DNA from: a virus | Lineage: Duplodnaviria > Caudoviricetes | Length of the DNA stretch: 36,548 bases | IMG/VR virus record: IMGVR_UViG_3300025018_000071 | Span: 1-36,548 of that record | Reading direction: 5' to 3' (one strand) | Part shown: piece by piece, positions 26,084-35,083 of the stretch | How positions within the stretch are numbered: the first letter of the stretch is position 1 | Layout: every line of letters starts with the position of its first letter | The notes under the pieces: model-generated | Told to the model about the DNA's origin: nothing | What the model saw: the letters and a program-made list of their open reading frames with translations, nothing else | Databases searched by the model: none | Translations under genes and position numbers: made by a program

Positions 26084-27537
26084 CGAGCGTCCAGGAGCTC
26101 GCCAAAAAAGAACAGTTGCGCCGCTATCAAGCCACGCCGCATAAATACTACGTCCCGACCGGAATCGGCGAAATGTTTGTCAACGCCGTCTTTGGTGGGG
26201 ACTATTTTATTTCTCTTTACTCAGCGGCGAACGGCGTCGGGAAGACTTGTCTTGGCGCTAATATGCTAGCTAATTTAATATGGCCGGAGGGAAACGGATT
26301 CTTTCAGCAAGAATTAATGCGTAATTGGACGTTCCCTAAAAAGATTAGAATTGTTACTGAGCCAACAACCGTAACCTCAACTATTATCCCTGAGCTTTAT
26401 AATTGGTTTCCGGCCGGAAGATTCAAGGCGGAAAAACACGGCAAAAATTACGAGTGCCACTGGGAGACTGACACCGGTTGGACAATTGACATTATGACCT
26501 ATGACCAAGCGGTCAAGGAATTTGAATCAGCCACTTTAGGGCTTATTTGGTTAGACGAGCCGCCGCCTGAGTCTATCTATAAGGCCTGTGTTAGCCGTCT
26601 AAGACGCGGTGGAATGCTTTTTATCACTGCGACACCTTTAACCGGCTCAGCGTGGATGTATGACCAGATTATCGGCAACCCGGACCACGACGTTGGCCGC
26701 CGCTTTTACATTGAGGCTGACGTCGAATCAGCTTGTTGCGAGCATGGCGATAGAGGATTCTTAAAGCACGAGCATATTGAGAACATGGTTAGCCAATATT
26801 CTGAGGAAGAAAAGCAAGCCCGTATTTATGGTAAGTTCCAACATTTAGTCGGCTTGGTTTATAAGCAATGGGAGCATAAAGTCCACGTGATTAGGCCATT
26901 TGATATTAATTTGCGCGACTATACGGTTTATCACGCTTTAGATCCGCACCCGAGAACAAAAGACGCCGGACTATGGCTAGCGGTTGATAAGTGGGGACAG
27001 AAATTTGTTATCGACGAGTTTTGGAAATCTTGCCAGGGAGGAAGTAAAGAGTTAGCGGCTAACCTGTGGAAGATAGACCAACAATATCGCACTGTGCGCC
27101 GTATGGCTGACCCTAGCGCTTTTATTGAGGACCAGCATACTCAAAAGAGTCTTATCTCTAAAATTGAATCCTATCGCCCGTTTAATTACCTTGAGGCGTC
27201 TAAAGCGAGAACGGCCTCAAATCGTCGTATTGCTGACGCCTTAGACTTTCAAAAGGTTGGCGACGAGTTTATTGTAACGCCGGAACTCTACGTCTTTGAG
27301 ACTTGCAAGCGCACTATTTATGAAATCGAGCATTGGATGTGGCAAGAGTGGACCGGCAAGGCGCGCGATACTCACGACCAAAAACAGAGTCCGGTTGATA
27401 AAGACGACCACATGATCGAAAACCTAGGCCGCATATTGATTCAAGAGCCTATTTGGGAGCCTTGGGTTCCTAACGATAGAGTCTCGGAAAGGGACAGCGA
27501 CGACGCCTGGGGAGACGACGACCCGTTTGACAGATAA
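26068..27537 (+). CDS. terL: Terminase large subunit
   Basis: Walker A AANGVGKT, Walker B LIWLDEPP, motif III TATP, ARIYG.F..L.GLVY, nuclease ALDPH, KDDHMIE. Confidence 0.9.
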   Translation: MPDQITSVQELAKKEQLRRYQATPHKYYVPTGIGEMFVNAVFGGDYFISLYSAANGVGKTCLGANMLANLIWPEGNGFFQQELMRNWTFPKKIRIVTEPTTVTSTIIPELYNWFPAGRFKAEKHGKNYECHWETDTGWTIDIMTYDQAVKEFESATLGLIWLDEPPPESIYKACVSRLRRGGMLFITATPLTGSAWMYDQIIGNPDHDVGRRFYIEADVESACCEHGDRGFLKHEHIENMVSQYSEEEKQARIYGKFQHLVGLVYKQWEHKVHVIRPFDINLRDYTVYHALDPHPRTKDAGLWLAVDKWGQKFVIDEFWKSCQGGSKELAANLWKIDQQYRTVRRMADPSAFIEDQHTQKSLISKIESYRPFNYLEASKARTASNRRIADALDFQKVGDEFIVTPELYVFETCKRTIYEIEHWMWQEWTGKARDTHDQKQSPVDKDDHMIENLGRILIQEPIWEPWVPNDRVSERDSDDAWGDDDPFDR

Positions 27538-27542
27538 AACTA

Positions 27543-27571
27543 TTGTCAGGGTTTTTAGTTAGTGCTATAAT
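27543..27571 (+). promoter_or_regulatory. Strong sigma70-type promoter for the head operon
   Basis: TTGTCA-17 bp-TATAAT with extended TG; a TGACA..TGTCA inverted repeat (27528-27548) overlaps the -35. Confidence 0.7.
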
Positions 27572-27581
27572 TTAATTATCC

Positions 27582-27669
27582 GGTAGTTAGTCTCTCCTCT
27601 ATGAGGACTGTCCGAGAGTGATTATCGTAACTAGGCTTAGTTACGGCTAATAATTGCTTACTAATTACT
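27582..27669 (+). ncRNA. Structured leader / small RNA candidate (three-way junction)
   Basis: Stem GGTAGTTAGT/ACTAATTACT enclosing TCCTC-tat-GAGGA and AGTGATTAT-CGTAACTA-ggct-TAGTTACG..ATAATTGCT. Confidence 0.45.
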
Positions 27670-27776
27670 TTACGATATTTTATGCAAAAGCGATTTGAAA
27701 TAACAATTAAAATAAACCATGGGGCTATTTAGCTTTGTAGTTTATTTTCTTTATCACTTAAATTAATTTTAAATTT

Positions 27777-28172
27777 ATGGGTCGCAAAACCAACAAAGAA
27801 ATTGAATTGAAAAATACCAAGAATATGCAGGTTGCTTTAGCAGCCTTTCAGGTTGATACCTCCGGGGAGAAAATAACCATTATCAGAATCGCTGACCATT
27901 TCGCTTGGCGCTGGGACTATCAAAGCAAGAGTTATGGCGACTGGGTTATTCAACCGCCCTTTAAAGAAAAGGGCTTAGAGAAAAAAATTAAAGAGTTAAG
28001 CGATCAAGTGGAACTGGCAAAAGGTGGTAAGAAGATAAAGCTAACTAAGCAGTTAATGGACGCGGTTAAATTCTATGACGACCTGAAAACCGAAGACGTC
28101 TCAAATCTGCTTTCCGTCCTGACTCAGCAAGCGGACGAAACGATAGATAAAATAAAAAATAATAAAAAATAA
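27777..28172 (+). CDS. Hypothetical protein (131 aa)
   Basis: ATG with AT-rich leader. Confidence 0.75.
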   Translation: MGRKTNKEIELKNTKNMQVALAAFQVDTSGEKITIIRIADHFAWRWDYQSKSYGDWVIQPPFKEKGLEKKIKELSDQVELAKGGKKIKLTKQLMDAVKFYDDLKTEDVSNLLSVLTQQADETIDKIKNNKK

Positions 28173-28174
28173 GT

Positions 28175-28360
28175 ATGTCGAAAGTTTTTAAATCAATATC
28201 TTCTGAGAGTGTAGAGGAAATAATGACAGCGTTTGCCGCCGTAGCGGCTAAAGGGGGCGCCGATAATATTTCTTTAAACGGACACATTACGGGCCTAGTT
28301 AGTAATCCTGACCGGAGAACTAGCTTTAGTCTTTCTTGGGAGGAAGACGAAGCTTTATAA
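28175..28360 (+). CDS. Hypothetical protein (61 aa)
   Basis: Tiled ORF. Confidence 0.6.
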   Translation: MSKVFKSISSESVEEIMTAFAAVAAKGGADNISLNGHITGLVSNPDRRTSFSLSWEEDEAL

Positions 28361-28403
28361 AATATAAACGTCAGTTATTTCAAGGTCGCCTGCGTGTAAA
28401 ACA

Positions 28404-30419
28404 ATGGCGAAAATTTCAAAAAACATATTAAAAAATCACTCTAAAGTCGTTAAGGAAACGGCTGATTTTGAGTTTAATGACGGTAGCGAATTGGATTTAA
28501 TGGAGACCGGCACCCTAGCGCGTCAGCTAAAGAAGTTGGCGGCCAAAGGCTATAAGCGCTTGCAGGACCAAATCGACACCGAATTTACTTTAAGCGACCA
28601 ATTCATGCGTCCGAAGTGGACCGAGTGGGTAGTGCGCTTAAAACTCTATAACAACCAACGCAGAGATAAAGAGGCAATTGGCGACCCTCTGCTTTTTACT
28701 ATCCACCAAACTATTTTATCAGCGCTTTACGACGACCGTCTTTCGGTTTTATTTAGTCCGCGCGAACGAGGCGACGAAGAAACGGCGGAGAATTTAACCG
28801 ACCTTGCTGAGTTCGATTATACCGACATGCAGAAAGACGAGCTCGATTATTATTGGGACTGGGACGCGACCTTTTTCGGCCGTGGCCTTGTGTTATTCAT
28901 GGAGTTTGACCGGGACAAGAAACTGCCAATTCCGATTAATATTGATCCGTTTACTTTCTATCGCGACCCGAAAGCCAAATCAGTTAATGGCGATATTAAA
29001 CATAACGGCGCTTTACGCTTTTGGGGTTATGAAATCCGCATGACTAAGAATCAAATGCGTGAGGCCGGCGTTTACTTTAACCTCGAGCAGATTAAGAACG
29101 ATTCCGGCAGTCAGTCAGTCGTGGACGAAAACAGTGCTTTACGCGACGAGGCTCAGGGACGCGATAACGTCAACGCTAAATTTGAATTAAAAGGCGAAAA
29201 TAAAGAATATCGAATCTTAAAGTGGTTCACGAATTACGGCGGCAAAAAGATTATGGTTGAGCTAGCTAACGACCGTAAATTAGTCGTGCGCTATTACGAA
29301 TTACCGGACCAGGAATACTGGCCTTTAGTTGATAGAGCGTGTTTTCCAATGTCTAAGGACTGGGACGGCGTCTCTGTCCCGGACTTAGTCGAAGACAAGC
29401 AACGCGCCCGTTCAGTGGCTCAGAATTTGGCTTTAAAGGGCATTAAGAGCGGACTCCGACCTAAATACCTATTTAACACGAATAAGATTAAGAAATCCTA
29501 TCTTGCTAAGGAAGAATTAAATAAGCATATTCCAATTGACGGCGACCCGAATAATTCGATCGTAGCCGTGCAGACTCAGCAAGTTAAAGCTGAGGTGCAG
29601 TGGATTTTAGGCGTTTTAGATTCTGCCGCCCAAAGAGCAACCGCTACTCCGGCCTCAAATCAAGGCCAAGTGGCTGCTGGTAATCCAACGGCGACCGAAA
29701 TCAATAAGGCTAGTGTCGGCTCAGACGTCCGCTATTCATTATCGGCTAAGATTTTCGGTTGGTCCGAACGTCGTTTTTGGAGACAGTGGTATTTCTTGTA
29801 TAAGACCTTTTTTGCCAAAGACATTGACGAAAAGATTATTAGAATCAGCGGCGCCGGTGCCCACCAGTGGCGAAAATTATTGTCCGATAACATTATCGCC
29901 CACACTGACCCGGACGTGGAAGTTGAGAGCCGAGTTATTGCTGACGCTAAGCGTGCTATTAAATTGCAAGGATTTACGAATTGGACGAATATCGCCCTAT
30001 CTTACCCCTCAAGCAATAAACTATTCGCTATCAGGCAGTTAGGGCGCTTAAATGGCGTCTCTAAGGACTTAATCGACATGGTTATTCCGCCTACCGTGGA
30101 CGAAATGGACGCCGAAGACGAAAACCTATCTTTAACTGACAATAAGAAAGTGCTTGTTGAATCAACTGACGACCACCTGGTCCATATCGAAGTGCACCGC
30201 AAGGCAGCCGAGACGGCCGCTAAATTCGCTCACATTGAGGCCCATAAGAAAGCAATGCAAATGAAGAAGACACGCCCGGACTTATTCCCTCAGGTGCCAA
30301 GCGAACAAATGCCAAGTAACGACGTTATGACCAAGACCTCGAGCGCGCCAATGGATAACGGCGGCCAAGGCAACTCAGCGGCGTTTAGACCGGCTAATAA
30401 TAATTTACCGCAGCAATAA
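28404..30419 (+). CDS. Portal protein (P22-like)
   Basis: 671 aa after terL; PRERGDEETAENL, WDATFFGRG, IDPF.FYRDP, GVSVPDLVEDKQR, QG....TATE motifs and Q/P-rich tail. Confidence 0.85.
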   Translation: MAKISKNILKNHSKVVKETADFEFNDGSELDLMETGTLARQLKKLAAKGYKRLQDQIDTEFTLSDQFMRPKWTEWVVRLKLYNNQRRDKEAIGDPLLFTIHQTILSALYDDRLSVLFSPRERGDEETAENLTDLAEFDYTDMQKDELDYYWDWDATFFGRGLVLFMEFDRDKKLPIPINIDPFTFYRDPKAKSVNGDIKHNGALRFWGYEIRMTKNQMREAGVYFNLEQIKNDSGSQSVVDENSALRDEAQGRDNVNAKFELKGENKEYRILKWFTNYGGKKIMVELANDRKLVVRYYELPDQEYWPLVDRACFPMSKDWDGVSVPDLVEDKQRARSVAQNLALKGIKSGLRPKYLFNTNKIKKSYLAKEELNKHIPIDGDPNNSIVAVQTQQVKAEVQWILGVLDSAAQRATATPASNQGQVAAGNPTATEINKASVGSDVRYSLSAKIFGWSERRFWRQWYFLYKTFFAKDIDEKIIRISGAGAHQWRKLLSDNIIAHTDPDVEVESRVIADAKRAIKLQGFTNWTNIALSYPSSNKLFAIRQLGRLNGVSKDLIDMVIPPTVDEMDAEDENLSLTDNKKVLVESTDDHLVHIEVHRKAAETAAKFAHIEAHKKAMQMKKTRPDLFPQVPSEQMPSNDVMTKTSSAPMDNGGQGNSAAFRPANNNLPQQ

Positions 30420-30420
30420 T

Positions 30421-30786
30421 ATGGCCAAGAAAAAAGAAGACAAAAAAATCGTTGACCTGAAATTCCTCAACCCGGAAACTGACGAAGACCGCGAGGCGGC
30501 TATCCATGCCCTCGAGCAGTTGGTCAGTTCCACCGGTTGGGCGTTGATTAAGAGAGTATTGACGGAAAATGTTTATATCAAGAGCGGCGAGATTCTCAAT
30601 GAGCGCTACGACAAGACCCCGATTTACAACGAGGACGACAAACTTAAAGACCAACGCCAATTTATTATCAAGCTCCTGAATATGCCCGGCGACCAATTGG
30701 CTGATTTAAAAGGAGAAAGTATTGAGGAAGAAGAAGAAAATTTTGATCCATATTTTAAACGAGAGGACTTTGAAAAAAGAAAATAA
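30421..30786 (+). CDS. Portal-adjacent hypothetical protein (121 aa)
   Basis: L..S.GW.LI...L..L..MP pattern; position between portal and scaffold. Confidence 0.7.
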   Translation: MAKKKEDKKIVDLKFLNPETDEDREAAIHALEQLVSSTGWALIKRVLTENVYIKSGEILNERYDKTPIYNEDDKLKDQRQFIIKLLNMPGDQLADLKGESIEEEEENFDPYFKREDFEKRK

Positions 30787-30788
30787 AT

Positions 30789-30989
30789 AAAACCACTTAG
30801 TTGGTTTTGTAGGGCTGTTAGCCCAGCGATTGCCCCCCTTTCGCATGGCTGACAACGGTTCGCGACCTTGACCTTTGTCAGCCCTACAAAGCTAACTAAA
30901 ATGCTTTACTTTCCGGTTCTTGTTAAACCGAGAGGTTAATCAACCTTTTCCTAGCACTGACTTCCCCAGGCCAGTAACTAGAGAAAGCA
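30789..30989 (+). ncRNA. Large structured leader upstream of scaffold/capsid genes
   Basis: 21-bp stem 30797-30817/30879-30899 (two G-U) enclosing two hairpins; second multibranch domain closed by TGCTTT/AAAGCA (30902-30989). Confidence 0.55.
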
Positions 30990-30997
30990 ACAATTTT

Positions 30998-31687
30998 ATG
31001 GGAGACAATGACGAAGACGTTATTGATACCGGTGCCGACGACGGAGCGAAAGACGACGGCGCTGAGAACTCCGACGATTCCAGTCAGGACGACGGAGCAA
31101 AAGATAACGGGGGCGAAAAAAAGGTCCAGGACGACGACAAGTCCAAAAAAGCTGACGGAGACGACGACACTCCGCCACCTGTGCGCAAAACTGCCTCAGA
31201 TTATTACAACGAGAGGCATGCACGGAAATCGACTAAGGTCGAGACACAAAAGAAAAATGACGACGACGAGGGAGCTGACGACGAAGACGTGGCTCCTGAC
31301 GACGAGGAAATTATCAGTAAAGTTATTGATAAGCGCCTCGCCCCGGTATTAGAGAAGATAGTCGGCTCCGAAGATAAGGAGGAGGCTAGCAAATTCTTTA
31401 ATGAAAATCCTGAGTTTAAACCCTACGAGGCAAAAATTGCCAAGTGGTGGCAGGACCCGAGTCGTCGACATCTGCCGATCAGCACTGTTGCTCTTGAGGC
31501 CATTGGGTATAAAAACCTGATAAGAATCGGCGCACAAAAGCAAAAAGAGGCTGACGAAAAAGCGGCTCAAGCCAAGACTAAAGGCTCAAGCGCTGGCCAG
31601 GACGGAGGCTCTAAACCAGTCTCTGAAATGACTACCGCCGAGTTTATCGCCAAGCGCGACCAGGTCTTACGCCGCCAGGCAGAATAA
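30998..31687 (+). CDS. Capsid scaffolding protein
   Basis: Acidic disordered N-half and C-terminal SEMTTAEF; directly before the major capsid gene. ATG 30998 preferred over TTG 30920. Confidence 0.75.
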   Translation: MGDNDEDVIDTGADDGAKDDGAENSDDSSQDDGAKDNGGEKKVQDDDKSKKADGDDDTPPPVRKTASDYYNERHARKSTKVETQKKNDDDEGADDEDVAPDDEEIISKVIDKRLAPVLEKIVGSEDKEEASKFFNENPEFKPYEAKIAKWWQDPSRRHLPISTVALEAIGYKNLIRIGAQKQKEADEKAAQAKTKGSSAGQDGGSKPVSEMTTAEFIAKRDQVLRRQAE

Positions 31688-31741
31688 TAATTTTGTGGTT
31701 GTCGTATTTAATTTATTTTATTTACTAATTGGGGAAATTAT

Positions 31742-32701
31742 ATGACTTCAACCTCTCAAATCCCAGCAGAAGTATCGTGCTTTTACGATAAAAACCTTTT
31801 AATGGCAGCGACTCCTTTGTTACTGCACACTAAATGGGCTCAAGTAAGAGACATACCTCGCAAATCAGGGACAAAAATTATTAAGTTTAGAAAATACAGC
31901 TTATTGGCTGCGGCGACTACTCCTCTTTCTGAGGGTATTACCCCTGTTGGCAGCAATTTAGCTGTTACTGATATTACCGCTGAGGCACTGCAATACGGCG
32001 ATTTTATCACTGTTACCGACGTTTTGGACTTCACTACTGAGGACCCAGAACTGACTATTGCAGGCGAGCAGTTAGGCTTACAAGCTGGCGATACTTTAGA
32101 TCAGCTTACCCGCGACGTTATGGCCGCTGGTTCTAACAAGTATTTCGGTGGCAGTGCGACTTTAAGAAGTCAATTGACTGCCTCCGACCTTATCACAACT
32201 ACGTTGCTGGATAAGGTTATCCGCTTATTAAAAAACAATAAGGCAAGAAAAGTAATGCAAATGGTTAATCCGGACGCCGGATATGCAACCACTCCTTTGA
32301 ACGCTTGCTATGTTGGTATTGTCCACCCTAACGTCTCTTACACCTTAACTGGTTTGACTGGCTTTATCCCAGTGGAAAAATACGCCAACAAGTCTAACGT
32401 TATGGAGGGCGAAATTGGTGCCTACAAAGAAATTCGCTTTGTGGAAACCACTAACGCTAAGGTTTTCCCATTAGAGGGTAATGGTGTCGACGTTTATGCC
32501 ACTTTAATTATGGGTATGAACGCTTACGGTATTACTAGAATCTCAGGCGAGGCAATGAAAAACATTGTTAAACCTCTAGGTTCTGCCGGCACAGCTGATC
32601 CTTTGGACCAACGTGCTACCTCCGGTTGGAAAGCGACCTTTGTTGCTAAAATGCTAAATAACGATTATTTAGTAAGAATCGAAACCGGTTGCGCTGCTTA
32701 G
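31742..32701 (+). CDS. Major capsid protein, N4-gp56 family
   Basis: IP...G.K.IKFRKY, PLSEGITP, QYGDF..VTD, GEIG....RFVET, ADPLDQR..GWK. Confidence 0.9.
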   Translation: MTSTSQIPAEVSCFYDKNLLMAATPLLLHTKWAQVRDIPRKSGTKIIKFRKYSLLAAATTPLSEGITPVGSNLAVTDITAEALQYGDFITVTDVLDFTTEDPELTIAGEQLGLQAGDTLDQLTRDVMAAGSNKYFGGSATLRSQLTASDLITTTLLDKVIRLLKNNKARKVMQMVNPDAGYATTPLNACYVGIVHPNVSYTLTGLTGFIPVEKYANKSNVMEGEIGAYKEIRFVETTNAKVFPLEGNGVDVYATLIMGMNAYGITRISGEAMKNIVKPLGSAGTADPLDQRATSGWKATFVAKMLNNDYLVRIETGCAA

Positions 32702-32757
32702 TTGCCTGGGGGTAGCAATATCCTCTCGCCTCTTGACCTTAGTAATTTATTACTAAT

Positions 32758-33210
32758 ATGACTAGACCTATCACTAGAAAAAATGACGAGGAATTAGAAA
32801 ACTTAGACGGAGAAGACGAAAACGAAGCTCCGGCTCAAGCTCCGACTCCTCGTGGTCGCCAAACTGGTGCCGTCAAGAGCACAGCAGTTAGGCAACCATT
32901 TAACAATAGCGGTGTTACCGATAAGCAAGAATTGACTCTGACCGAAGACGCTCAGCGCACAAAGGAGTTTATGGATAAGCAGCCTAAACGCTCTTACTAT
33001 ATTCCTTTAAATTTCGGCGAGAAAAAAGGAGCTGAGGAAACCGTTACCACAAATGGTTACAAGCTGACTATCAAGAAAGGCGTTCGAGTAATGATTCCTG
33101 AGCCAATGGCTCAGGACCTCGACAGACTCCTTGGTATTCAGGACGAAGTTGCTTTAGACAAACGAGTTGATATGGCAGATAAAGACGTCTTAGACGCTTT
33201 AACTGCCTAA
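32758..33210 (+). CDS. Capsid-adjacent hypothetical protein (150 aa)
   Basis: VTTNGY.LTIKKGV.V.IP..A motif; follows the capsid gene. Confidence 0.7.
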   Translation: MTRPITRKNDEELENLDGEDENEAPAQAPTPRGRQTGAVKSTAVRQPFNNSGVTDKQELTLTEDAQRTKEFMDKQPKRSYYIPLNFGEKKGAEETVTTNGYKLTIKKGVRVMIPEPMAQDLDRLLGIQDEVALDKRVDMADKDVLDALTA

Positions 33211-33261
33211 AATGAGTTTGCTAAACCGACTCCTTAATAAATAAGTTTAATCCTTAATTTT

Positions 33262-33762
33262 ATGGCTAGAACTATTGGACAATCGTTTACCCTTTGCGAC
33301 CAAGCAATGCGCAATGCGTTAGACGAAATTCAACGAAATTTCGTTGACTATTGTTTGACCTCTGCCGGTTTAGCTATCGGCTCAGGTTCAAAGAAAAAAG
33401 TTTTAATTGCTAACACAGTTTACGCCTCTATCGGTGGCTCTTTAATTAAAAAGACAACCGCTGAAATTACCTTGACTAGCGCTAATAACGTAGCCAATGC
33501 TAAGTTCAACGTTATTGTCCTTTCAATGGACGCTGCCGGCACTGTAACGCCTACAAACGGCACTGAGGCGGCTACTATTGGCGCTGTGGTCTTCCCGGAA
33601 GTCCCGGCTGACGAAGTAGTGCTTGGTTTCGTGATTGTTAATCCGACCGGCACTGGTGGTTTCGTTGGTGGCACTACCGACTTCGACGACGTCACAGTTG
33701 TTCCAAATGCGGTCTATATTAATACCATAGCCCCATTTAACATGAATATCTTGGCTATCTAG
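33262..33762 (+). CDS. Minor capsid/decoration-like structural protein (166 aa)
   Basis: Small beta-rich G/A/T/V protein in the head module. Confidence 0.5.
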   Translation: MARTIGQSFTLCDQAMRNALDEIQRNFVDYCLTSAGLAIGSGSKKKVLIANTVYASIGGSLIKKTTAEITLTSANNVANAKFNVIVLSMDAAGTVTPTNGTEAATIGAVVFPEVPADEVVLGFVIVNPTGTGGFVGGTTDFDDVTVVPNAVYINTIAPFNMNILAI

Positions 33763-33848
33763 TTTTGTCCGGGTGCGCGCCGTATGGCAGCGCGCCGCAA
33801 GCAATAGAGTCTGAGGTGCGACCCACTTAATCTATTGGCCCGGAAAAC
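33762..33848 (+). ncRNA. Intergenic three-way-junction RNA element
   Basis: TCCGGGT/GCCCGGA stem enclosing GCGC-GCC-gtat-GGC-a-GCGC and CAATAGA..GTG-cgacc-CAC..TCTATTG. Confidence 0.45.
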
Positions 33849-33859
33849 TCCTTAAATTT

Positions 33860-34579
33860 ATGACCCCACAAAATTTAGCAACTTACGTAAGAAAAAAGAC
33901 TAGGACTGACGCCTCTAGTTTTCCTGATACCCTTTTAATGATTTATGCCAATATCGCTAAAAACGATATTTGTGCGGCGATTATTAAGACTGACGAGGAT
34001 TATTTCGGTTTGAAATTCACTCGTGATTTAGTAGCAGGGCAAAGAAACTACGGTATTAGCTCTGACGTTATTACCGGTCTTAAATTCGTAGAGGCTAAAA
34101 TCGACGGCATTAATCAAAAACATTTAGATCCGTTTAATCTGACAAAACTCCGCGTCTCCACGGACGAGGCAAGCATTGTGTCCTATATGTCCGGCCGTAA
34201 CTGGGGCTATTATATTTTTGGAAAACAGTTTTGGCTTCTTTCCGATACGCCGATTATCGACGTTGACGACGGCTTAACCATGTGGGCGAATATCTTGCCT
34301 GCTGACTTAACCGATATGACGTCCACGACTGATATGTCGGCCGCTCCGTCAAATACAGAGTTTGGAATTCCTAAAGCTCTGCACGAACTTTTGGCTAGGC
34401 GCATGATCATTGAGTATAAAAATTCTCAAGAAAAACCTATACCGCTAACTGAAAAAGAGCAAAAGTTTGATTTTGATTTAGCGGATAAAATTAGACTTTT
34501 GACCAGTTTTAACGTGGACGACTCAATTGTCCCGGAACAATCAAAAAACGACGACGGAAATGCCGGCGCCGATTATTAA
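33860..34579 (+). CDS. Head-tail adaptor/neck protein (putative)
   Basis: N-terminal helical M...L...VR..T..N.A, DLVAGQRNY and IP...HELL; synteny after the head genes. Confidence 0.6.
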   Translation: MTPQNLATYVRKKTRTDASSFPDTLLMIYANIAKNDICAAIIKTDEDYFGLKFTRDLVAGQRNYGISSDVITGLKFVEAKIDGINQKHLDPFNLTKLRVSTDEASIVSYMSGRNWGYYIFGKQFWLLSDTPIIDVDDGLTMWANILPADLTDMTSTTDMSAAPSNTEFGIPKALHELLARRMIIEYKNSQEKPIPLTEKEQKFDFDLADKIRLLTSFNVDDSIVPEQSKNDDGNAGADY

Positions 34580-34605
34580 TTAATTAAAACCTTAACTTTA
34601 CATGT

Positions 34606-35016
34606 ATGGCAACTTACTCAAAATTTAACTCGTTTGTTAAGGCGTTAGCTGAAAAGGTCCATAATCTGGGCGCTGACACTTTGACGATAGCTCTATCGGC
34701 AGTCGCCCCGGTAGCAACTAATTCAGTGTTAGCAGACCTTACTCAAATCTCTTATACCAACTTATCAGCTAGAGCTTTGACTACGGCCTCCTCAGCACAA
34801 ACTAGCGGCACCTATAAGCTTGTGGTTAATGATTTAACCCTAACCGCTAGCGGTGGCGCAGTGGCCTCATTTAGATATATTTCTATCTATAACGATACGG
34901 CCTCAAATAAAGAATTAATCGGTTTCTATGACTACGGTTCAACCGTTACTATGGCCGACGGAGACCAGTTCGTCCTCGACTTTGACGGCACAAACGGCGT
35001 GATTCAAATCGCTTAG
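34606..35016 (+). CDS. Conserved virion structural protein (136 aa)
   Basis: FNSF..L..HNL..DT..IAL..RY..IYNDT..LIGFYDYG motif typical of phage tail-associated proteins. Confidence 0.6.
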   Translation: MATYSKFNSFVKALAEKVHNLGADTLTIALSAVAPVATNSVLADLTQISYTNLSARALTTASSAQTSGTYKLVVNDLTLTASGGAVASFRYISIYNDTASNKELIGFYDYGSTVTMADGDQFVLDFDGTNGVIQIA

Positions 35017-35083
35017 TTATTTTTTAGGGGAGCAGAGAGGAGTCCCGGCTCCCTTATAAAAATTATTAAATATTATATAATTT

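Noticed and set aside
27597-27619. Hammerhead-ribozyme-like string CTATGAGGAC-T-GTCCGAGA
   Set aside because: The core deviates from CUGANGA and GAAA at invariant positions, and stem II would have an implausible loop.
18941-30997. TTG starts at 18941, 20291, 25230 and 30920 from the ORF track
   Set aside because: The extensions overlap another gene or structured RNA; downstream ATGs (19034, 20315, 25257, 30998) have the A/T-rich leader or stop-start coupling typical of this genome.
35021-35062. Hairpin TAGGGGAGC..GCTCCCTTA as an intrinsic terminator
   Set aside because: The T-run precedes and the A-run follows the stem, so there is no U-tract on either strand; at most a stability/processing stem.
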